Positions 32,740 through 38,549 of a stretch of DNA of 38,549 bases are shown here, in pieces (positions within the stretch are counted from its first letter, which is position 1; each line of letters opens with the position of its first letter). The translations under genes and the position numbers were made by a program. This DNA comes from a virus, in the IMG/VR virus record IMGVR_UViG_3300025892_000004, positions 1-38,549 of that record; one strand, given 5' to 3'. Below the pieces are notes generated by a model. The model saw only the letters and a program-made list of their open reading frames with translations, had not been told where the DNA came from and did not search any database.

Positions 32740-33576
32740 ATGGGCTTAGAAACAGCAGCCACTATTGACCAACTGAACACGTCGAACCCTGTCGCCACAG
32801 ACGGCTTGGGGCAAGCAGACGACCACATACGTCTCATCAAGTCAGCGGTAAAATCCACGTTCCCCAACGTCACCGGAGTAGTCTCTGCGTCACACACAGA
32901 ACTAAATAAAATCGACGGATACACAGGTAGTACAGCAGAACTTAATGTACTCGATGGTATCACAGCGACTACAGCCGAACTCAATAAACTTGATGGCGTC
33001 ACTGCGTCTGCAACAGAACTCAATAAGGTAGACGGACTGACAGCATCTACAGCCGAACTCAATAAACTTGATGGTGCTACAGCGACAACCGCCGAGTTAA
33101 ACTATGTGGATGGTGTTACTAGCAACATTCAGACACAGTTAAACTCAAAGTATGTAGCAGCAACTCAAACTACAGGTACATGGCAAGCAGGTACAGGTGG
33201 GACAGCTAGTTTAGTTACACCTGCAAATATAAAGGCTGCCATTATTGCCTTAGAACCAAGTTCTACACCTGCCTTCACATCTCAGGTTGCTTTTACCTCT
33301 AATGTCACCTCTGCAACACACGGATTAGGGGGATTACCCTCACGTTGGGAAGTAAGTATTGTATGCACAACGGCAAACTTAGGCTATGCTGTTGGAGATG
33401 TTATCCGCTTAACTTCACACAACGAGGGTAGTGGTGCCCGTGGTACTACTGTGTCTGCTAACGCCACACAGATTACAGTAGCTGGATCCTCTGTATTTCT
33501 TCAAACAAAAACAGGCTCTGGGGTTGCAGCACTAACAAACGCTAGTTGGGATCTTATTTTTGAGGCTTGGACATAG
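32740..33576 (+). CDS. Tail fibre / fibre-adaptor-like protein with six 13-aa ELNxLDG repeats
   Basis: 278 aa with SD AAAAGGA upstream. The N-terminal DDHIRLIKSAVKSTFPNV motif is common at podovirus fibre N-termini, from memory. Confidence 0.65.
   Translation: MGLETAATIDQLNTSNPVATDGLGQADDHIRLIKSAVKSTFPNVTGVVSASHTELNKIDGYTGSTAELNVLDGITATTAELNKLDGVTASATELNKVDGLTASTAELNKLDGATATTAELNYVDGVTSNIQTQLNSKYVAATQTTGTWQAGTGGTASLVTPANIKAAIIALEPSSTPAFTSQVAFTSNVTSATHGLGGLPSRWEVSIVCTTANLGYAVGDVIRLTSHNEGSGARGTTVSANATQITVAGSSVFLQTKTGSGVAALTNASWDLIFEAWT
32893..33123 (+). repeat. In-frame 39-nt tandem repeat x6 ([TA][AT]ELNx[LIV]DGxT[AG]x)
   Basis: HTELNKIDGYTGS / TAELNVLDGITAT / TAELNKLDGVTAS / ATELNKVDGLTAS / TAELNKLDGATAT / TAELNYVDGVTSN. 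Confidence 0.85.
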
Positions 33577-33582
33577 TGACGA

Positions 33583-33786
33583 ATGGTCGAGCGCGTTAGA
33601 ACATTTTTAGATGACTGGCTCATATGGCCTAGAGGCATGATGATCGCTTTTACAGTCATGTCGTGGAGGGTGGTGGAGTGGTTTATGAACCTACCGGACC
33701 CTACGACACAGCAGTCAGCCCTAGTATCAGTCGTAATGGGATCCGCTACAGGAGCCTTCGCCATATGGATGGGAAAAGAGGCATGA
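33583..33786 (+). CDS. Small two-TM membrane protein (67 aa)
   Basis: Two hydrophobic segments (MMIAFTVMSWRVVEWF and ALVSVVMGSATGAFAIWM). The SD is weak. Confidence 0.45.
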   Translation: MVERVRTFLDDWLIWPRGMMIAFTVMSWRVVEWFMNLPDPTTQQSALVSVVMGSATGAFAIWMGKEA

Positions 33787-33789
33787 GTC

Positions 33790-33975
33790 ATGTTTAGTGC
33801 AATAATCTTCGCTTGTTCGCTCCATGTAAGCGAATGTCAAACCATATCACACCCAAGAATATTTACAGATAAAAAGGCGTGTATGGACAGTCTTAGCGTT
33901 GGTGTCGTGGATGTCCAAATGCAAGGATGGCGGATCGAGCAATTTACTTGTTACGAGTGGGCAGAGGAAGCCTAG
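33790..33975 (+). CDS. Small Cys-containing protein with a hydrophobic N-terminus (61 aa)
   Basis: SD AAGAGG lies 8 nt upstream. The N-terminus is MFSAIIFACSL and the protein has five Cys. Confidence 0.5.
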   Translation: MFSAIIFACSLHVSECQTISHPRIFTDKKACMDSLSVGVVDVQMQGWRIEQFTCYEWAEEA

Positions 33976-33996
33976 CACATAAAGAAAACTATTAGA

Positions 33997-35622
33997 ATGG
34001 AGGAGGGTGTAGTGCCTAACTTACCAGTCCGAGGACTAGGTTCTGTAGGTGTGGTCACTGACGTTGACCCCTACAACCTACCGATCAACGGCTTCACTCG
34101 AGGCAAGAACGTCAGATTCCACGAAGGCAAAGTGACCCACGGTCCAATCTTCAGAGACGTCAGTCCAGCCAGTACAATAAGCAACCCAATTTTTGCCTAT
34201 GGCATACAGTCAGCCACAGGTTACGATACTGTCCTGTTGATCGACGATACCTTCCAGATCAAAGAGTTGAGTAATGGTGTGTTTACGACACGACATGCAG
34301 CCACTACGCAATCACCTCTACATGAAGTAACAGCGACAACTTTAGCAAATGTCATCTATGTAAACCGCAGTGACCAGATCCCTTTGCATAGGACTTCTAG
34401 TAACTCTAGTTTCACAAACCTGCCAAACTGGCCTTCGACATACAGAACAAAAGCCCTCAGATCTTTCGGAGACTTCCTGATTGCATTGAACACTACAGAA
34501 GGCGGTGTCGATCATAAGAACAGGGTCCGCTTTAGTACTACAGCATTGTCGAACAGTGTCCCTACTACTTGGGACGAAACAGACACTACAGAGTCTGCAG
34601 GTTTCAACGACCTAGTACAGATGAAAACATCTATAGTCGATGGAGCCACTTTAGGGTCCAACTTCTTGATCTACTCGTCTGACCAAGTGTGGATGATGGA
34701 GTTTGTTGGTGGTTCGTTCATCTTTAACTTCCGCAAACTATTCGACGACGCAGGGGTTATGAGCCAAAACTGTATAGTTGAGGTAACAGGCAAGCACTAC
34801 GTTTTCGACTTCGATGACATCTATATCACCGATGGCAACACTAGGCAGTCTATCTGCGACGGTCGGGTCCGAGACTACATCTTTAACGGCATTGACTACA
34901 ACAAGCGTGACGAGTGTTTTGTGTTACATAACGCTAACCTTGAAGAGGTATACTTTTGTTATCACTCAGGCGACGATCTTGCTGTTTTCGAAGACGGAGA
35001 CAAGTGTAATCGAGCGGCTGTCTACAACTACAAAGAGGATACTTGGACCTTCCAAGATTTACCTAATGTGGTGAGTGGAAGTATTGCCAACATTTCGTCA
35101 GCGGAATCCTATAGTTCAGTCGATTCTGGCATAAATTATGCTAACTCAGGTGGTACTTACTTGAGCCAAGAGTCTGAGTTTAAACGTCATGCACTTATGG
35201 TTTCCAAGTCAACAACTGGTGTCTCTAGGTCTACAATGTACGGTCTCGATTTGCCGGACCTTGGGTCTTTAACTGAGGCGGCAGATACTACCGTGAGTAA
35301 ACCTGCGTTCTTAGAGCGAACAGGTATAGATTTAGATGAGCAAGGGACTCCGCTCTCAGGCTACAAAGTGATCAATGCGTTTTATCCTCAGATGAACACA
35401 CCTAATACAGATGGTAACTTTGAATTTACATTTGGAGCGGCAAATATACCGACGAACACTCCAAACTATGAGTCAGCAATAACCTTTGACTCGAATGTAG
35501 AGTACAAAGTCGATACTCGGATCTCAGGCAGATACCTCAGTTACAAATTAGCATGTCCTACTCTCAAGGACTTTGCGTTCTCTGGTATGGACTTGGATGT
35601 GATTGTCACAGGCAGGAGGTAG
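33997..35622 (+). CDS. Tail (nozzle / tubular-B-like) structural protein (putative)
   Basis: 541 aa. A more likely start is the GTG at 34012, which lies 8 nt after GGAGG. The N-terminal GLGSVGVVTDVDPYNLPINGFTRGKNVRFHEGKV pattern resembles podovirus tail proteins, from memory. Confidence 0.45.
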   Translation: MEEGVVPNLPVRGLGSVGVVTDVDPYNLPINGFTRGKNVRFHEGKVTHGPIFRDVSPASTISNPIFAYGIQSATGYDTVLLIDDTFQIKELSNGVFTTRHAATTQSPLHEVTATTLANVIYVNRSDQIPLHRTSSNSSFTNLPNWPSTYRTKALRSFGDFLIALNTTEGGVDHKNRVRFSTTALSNSVPTTWDETDTTESAGFNDLVQMKTSIVDGATLGSNFLIYSSDQVWMMEFVGGSFIFNFRKLFDDAGVMSQNCIVEVTGKHYVFDFDDIYITDGNTRQSICDGRVRDYIFNGIDYNKRDECFVLHNANLEEVYFCYHSGDDLAVFEDGDKCNRAAVYNYKEDTWTFQDLPNVVSGSIANISSAESYSSVDSGINYANSGGTYLSQESEFKRHALMVSKSTTGVSRSTMYGLDLPDLGSLTEAADTTVSKPAFLERTGIDLDEQGTPLSGYKVINAFYPQMNTPNTDGNFEFTFGAANIPTNTPNYESAITFDSNVEYKVDTRISGRYLSYKLACPTLKDFAFSGMDLDVIVTGRR

Positions 35623-35625
35623 TTA

Positions 35626-35907
35626 ATGGCTCTTTCCGACTTACTTAACGTCTTGGTCAAGAATTATGTTCGAAGGCCAACGCCAACAATAAACCAAGAT
35701 CAACTAGGTCCTTACGTCCAAGATCAACTCCGAGAAATAGAGTCGTCAATAAGGACACTAACCGATGCAGCAATAAGTGTAACAGATCAAGAGCCTGAGT
35801 CTAAACGCAAGGGCATGGTTCGATACGCAATATCGCCATGGGATCCCCTCAGTAACGGTTACAGTGGTTTAGTTGTTTACAATGGGACTAACTGGACAGC
35901 CGTATAG
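35626..35907 (+). CDS. Hypothetical virion-module protein (93 aa)
   Basis: Starts 3 nt after the previous stop. Confidence 0.55.
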   Translation: MALSDLLNVLVKNYVRRPTPTINQDQLGPYVQDQLREIESSIRTLTDAAISVTDQEPESKRKGMVRYAISPWDPLSNGYSGLVVYNGTNWTAV

Positions 35908-35917
35908 AGGTAAACAA

Positions 35918-36412
35918 ATGCAGCAAGACTTACAAAGACGTACATCAATCATGGCTTTTCAAAAGATGATGTTTCATGGCGTTCAAGAAGGCTACATTGA
36001 AGACATTACTGATCAAACAAAACTCAATCACTACTTTACACCTACGGATAAAGACTACGGCTGTTCAACTTATGCACGAGAATTGTTTATGCCTAAAGGC
36101 ATGATTGTAGTCGGCAAATTACACAAGAAAGCACACCTGACATTCTTACTTAAAGGCGTGATTGTTGTTGTATCTGAAGATGGCGGTAAGAAAAGGCTAC
36201 ATGGCCCTGTTACTTTTGTATCCCCTGCTGGAGTTAAACGTGTCTTCTACATTGAAGAGGATGCACTACTCACAACAGTTCACCTTACAAAAGAAACAGA
36301 CGAACAAAGCCTCGATAAAATTGAAGACGAGGTTATTAGCCCAACATATGAGGCCATGGGCCTAGAGGAACCAGACCTATCAGGTTTAGACAAGTTCCTA
36401 TCACAGAAATAG
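35918..36412 (+). CDS. Hypothetical protein (164 aa), beta-rich
   Basis: SD GAGG lies 8 nt before the ATG at 35918. The longer 35873 start would overlap the upstream gene. Confidence 0.55.
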   Translation: MQQDLQRRTSIMAFQKMMFHGVQEGYIEDITDQTKLNHYFTPTDKDYGCSTYARELFMPKGMIVVGKLHKKAHLTFLLKGVIVVVSEDGGKKRLHGPVTFVSPAGVKRVFYIEEDALLTTVHLTKETDEQSLDKIEDEVISPTYEAMGLEEPDLSGLDKFLSQK

Positions 36413-36425
36413 AAGGAATAATTAT

Positions 36426-37487
36426 ATGTCTTTTGCAATAATAGGCGGTGCAATCATTGGCGGTGGAATGGGACTTATGGGTGCCAACAAGCAAGCCAAA
36501 GCCATGGACAGAGCCAACGCCGCCAATATGGCATCGTTCAATATGTACAAACCATACGTTGAGCCTAACCTAAAGGCTGCAGATGCTGCTTTAGGCGGAG
36601 TACTAGAAACAGGTAACTACCAAGGTCAGACTTACGCAGGACCTAATCAGTTCAACAGAGGCACAGCCAACCAAATGGGCCAGTTTGGTCTTGGGATGCA
36701 GAACAGTGGGTCCAATATAATGGGCCAGACAGCCGGATTCGGACAGAATGCTAACGATCTCTACGGTCAGTACATGGGAATGGCTGATGGTGCAGGTCAA
36801 GACCGCATGGCGACTGCAATGGACTACGCAAATAACAATGTAGACGCATTAGCAAACGTAGCCCTCCGTGACAGCCGCAGAGGTCTGGACGAGAACCTCC
36901 GTCAAGGCAACATTTCAGCCTCTGGAACCGGAAACATGAACTCAAGTCGTGCAGGTGTGGCTGATGCCATCGCTAGACGTGACTTTGACGACCGTGCAGC
37001 CGATGTACGCACAGGCCTACAGAACCAACTGATCGATAGATCCCTCCAACAGCAAGCACGGCAGTTCTCAGACCAAGGCGATGCACTAAATGCAGCCGGA
37101 AGGGCTAACCAGAACATCATGGGCGCATACGGCATGGGCCTGAATACCATGGGTGAAGGTGCTAACTTCGGTATGAACGCCGGAAACTTCCTACAACAGC
37201 AAGAACAGAACCGTTTGAATGATGATCGTGACAGGTTCGAGCGTGATCGAGACTTTGAGTTTGATATGCGCGAGAGGTACGGACAAGGCATACTTGCCCA
37301 AGGTGGAACAACATCAAATACATACAAGCCAAACCTTGTAGACAAGGGACAAGCAGCCATGGGCGGTGCGATGTCGGGTATGGGCTTCATGAACAAATAT
37401 ATGCCCAGATCAGGTGGTTTTGGCGAAAGTCAAATGTTTAACCCCCTATTTGGCGGTCAAGCAGGGCTAGGGATCGGAGGTAACTAA
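36426..37487 (+). CDS. Internal virion protein (Gly/Asn/Gln/Met-rich, N-terminal TM)
   Basis: 353 aa. The N-terminus is MSFAIIGGAIIGGGMGLMGA. The low-complexity composition is typical of ejection/internal proteins. Confidence 0.55.
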   Translation: MSFAIIGGAIIGGGMGLMGANKQAKAMDRANAANMASFNMYKPYVEPNLKAADAALGGVLETGNYQGQTYAGPNQFNRGTANQMGQFGLGMQNSGSNIMGQTAGFGQNANDLYGQYMGMADGAGQDRMATAMDYANNNVDALANVALRDSRRGLDENLRQGNISASGTGNMNSSRAGVADAIARRDFDDRAADVRTGLQNQLIDRSLQQQARQFSDQGDALNAAGRANQNIMGAYGMGLNTMGEGANFGMNAGNFLQQQEQNRLNDDRDRFERDRDFEFDMRERYGQGILAQGGTTSNTYKPNLVDKGQAAMGGAMSGMGFMNKYMPRSGGFGESQMFNPLFGGQAGLGIGGN

Positions 37488-37489
37488 AG

Positions 37490-38549
37490 ATGGAATGGGA
37501 AATAATTAGCCAGAACCCTAACTTTATGTCTGCTCTAGCCAATGACCCTAGAGTCGGGCCAGATCCGAAAGCATGGTATAGCCGTCTTAGACCAGAAATA
37601 CAAAAGTCATTGGCTGAGTCTTTTATGCCAAAGTCAGGTACAGTTGCAGAGCCGATCCTAAACCCGAACATGGCCCAGACAATAAGTCAGATTAACAGAC
37701 CTGCTTTAGATCAGGTTCAACCCCTTGTTGCTGCAGATAATGGTGTACTAGCAGGTGGCTTTAATGCCGATGGCGTTGCTATTGGTACAAACATGGAAGC
37801 CGACGTAGACCCCAACAAAGGTTTCGTACCAGTCACAGTAGGGTCTGGAATGAGTATGGGTGTCGTCATGTATAATCCAGAAACTGGCGCGGTCATGCCA
37901 GTAGAGGGTAATAATGTTAGCAATCTAATCGCTCGGAACCCCAACGTCCAAAACATTGCTATGGAGGCTTACAACAACCGTGTAAATGCTCCAGTACTAG
38001 AGGCCAAAAAAAACCTTAACACTGCCCAAGGTATCATCGATGCCACAGATGGTCAGGTAAGTGGTCCTGTCCTTGAGCAGTACACAGATGCTAAACGAAA
38101 TCTGACTGAAGCCCAGAGACGCGCTATGTCTAACATGTCTGACCCTTCAGCCGTGGACATAGCAGCTAACAGACCGTCTTACGAAACTCCAGTTCTATCA
38201 GGTCTCGAAGAGTTTGAGGCAACTAATACTCCGTATGTACGTCCTACAGTGGTCAACAATCCGAATGTACCCGAAGTGTTTCCAAATCCGAATTTACCTA
38301 ACGTGGACTTTGCAGATCCAACTATGGCTCCAACAAATGCTCTTAACGCAGGGCCAGTTCTTATAAACGACAATAAGCCAAATCTGCCCTTTAATACTTA
38401 TAGCGAGAATGGAGTTCTTACCGATAACTCTGCACCAAACACTGTGACGAACTCAGGTATCTTAGGAACAGGTACGTCAAACCGTACGTCAGGTGGACCA
38501 AGTGTTCGCTCGATCATGGGTTCTTCGGGCATGAAGACCAGCAACAGAC
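37490..38549 (+). CDS. 5' part of the junction-spanning 585-aa virion protein (continues at position 128 after the overlap)
   Basis: The ATG at 37490 has GGAGG 9 nt upstream, and the frame stays open to the window end. It is absent from the ORF track because no stop lies inside the window. My translation starts MEWEIISQNPNFMSALANDPRVG. Confidence 0.7.
   Translation, partial: MEWEIISQNPNFMSALANDPRVGPDPKAWYSRLRPEIQKSLAESFMPKSGTVAEPILNPNMAQTISQINRPALDQVQPLVAADNGVLAGGFNADGVAIGTNMEADVDPNKGFVPVTVGSGMSMGVVMYNPETGAVMPVEGNNVSNLIARNPNVQNIAMEAYNNRVNAPVLEAKKNLNTAQGIIDATDGQVSGPVLEQYTDAKRNLTEAQRRAMSNMSDPSAVDIAANRPSYETPVLSGLEEFEATNTPYVRPTVVNNPNVPEVFPNPNLPNVDFADPTMAPTNALNAGPVLINDNKPNLPFNTYSENGVLTDNSAPNTVTNSGILGTGTSNRTSGGPSVRSIMGSSGMKTSNR
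38423..38549. repeat. End-overlap copy B (identical to 1-127)
   Basis: Exact 127-nt identity with the window start. Confidence 0.95.

Larger units (their letters stand above)
1..38549. mobile_element. Complete circularly closed tailed-phage genome (38,422 bp unique plus 127-bp end overlap); podovirus-like, T7-type RNAP, integrase-encoding
   Basis: The ends are identical over 127 nt and an ORF is continuous across the junction. A full set of phage replication, structural, packaging and lysis genes is present, with no flanking host genes. Confidence 0.85.

Noticed and set aside
32181-33062. Minus-strand ORFs 32181-32558 (125 aa) and 32607-33062 (151 aa)
   Set aside because: The first is low-complexity Ser/Thr/Arg-rich sequence in the non-coding hub, with no SD. 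The second is antisense to the well-supported fibre-like gene and mirrors its repeats.
32893-33123. CRISPR-like regular repeats (and likewise the 54-nt repeats at 12288-12440)
   Set aside because: The repeats are contiguous with no unique spacers, in frame, and translate into coherent peptide repeats within long ORFs.

Overview
The window is a complete, circularly closed tailed-phage genome of 38,422 unique bp. Nucleotides 1-127 are repeated exactly at 38423-38549, and one gene reads in frame across that junction. Coding is very dense and falls into two divergent blocks. They leave a ~1.1-kb ORF-poor hub (31630-32739) that looks GC-rich by eye, and they converge at 16525-16768. The minus-strand block starts with a translationally coupled early operon of small unknown genes. 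It continues with a tyrosine integrase, an HTH-like protein and a T7-type single-subunit RNA polymerase. A replication module collinear with T7 genes 2.5-3-4-5-6 follows (SSB, endonuclease I, primase-helicase, family-A DNA polymerase, 5'-3' exonuclease), with MazG, DUF3310 and a class II RNR interspersed. The plus-strand block encodes a fibre-like protein, a tail protein, internal virion proteins, TerS/TerL, portal, scaffold and capsid. It ends with an adaptor-like protein, a collagen-like tail fibre with its chaperone and a P4H-like 2OG-Fe(II) oxygenase, and a lysis cassette. I saw no tRNA, rRNA or CRISPR array. The main candidates for something new: (1) the non-coding hub, which carries clustered phage-RNAP-promoter-like elements, a repeated hairpin motif and strong compositional blocks, and could be an origin, attP or ncRNA; (2) a promoter-like element plus an abutting inverted repeat directly upstream of the RNAP gene, next to the integrase and an HTH-like gene, which could be a lysogeny or autoregulatory switch; (3) the collagen-fibre / chaperone / prolyl-hydroxylase-like gene cluster; (4) an HExxH metallopeptidase motif in the 1110-aa ejection-type protein. 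All functional calls rest on motifs I recognised by eye plus gene order. No database search was possible.
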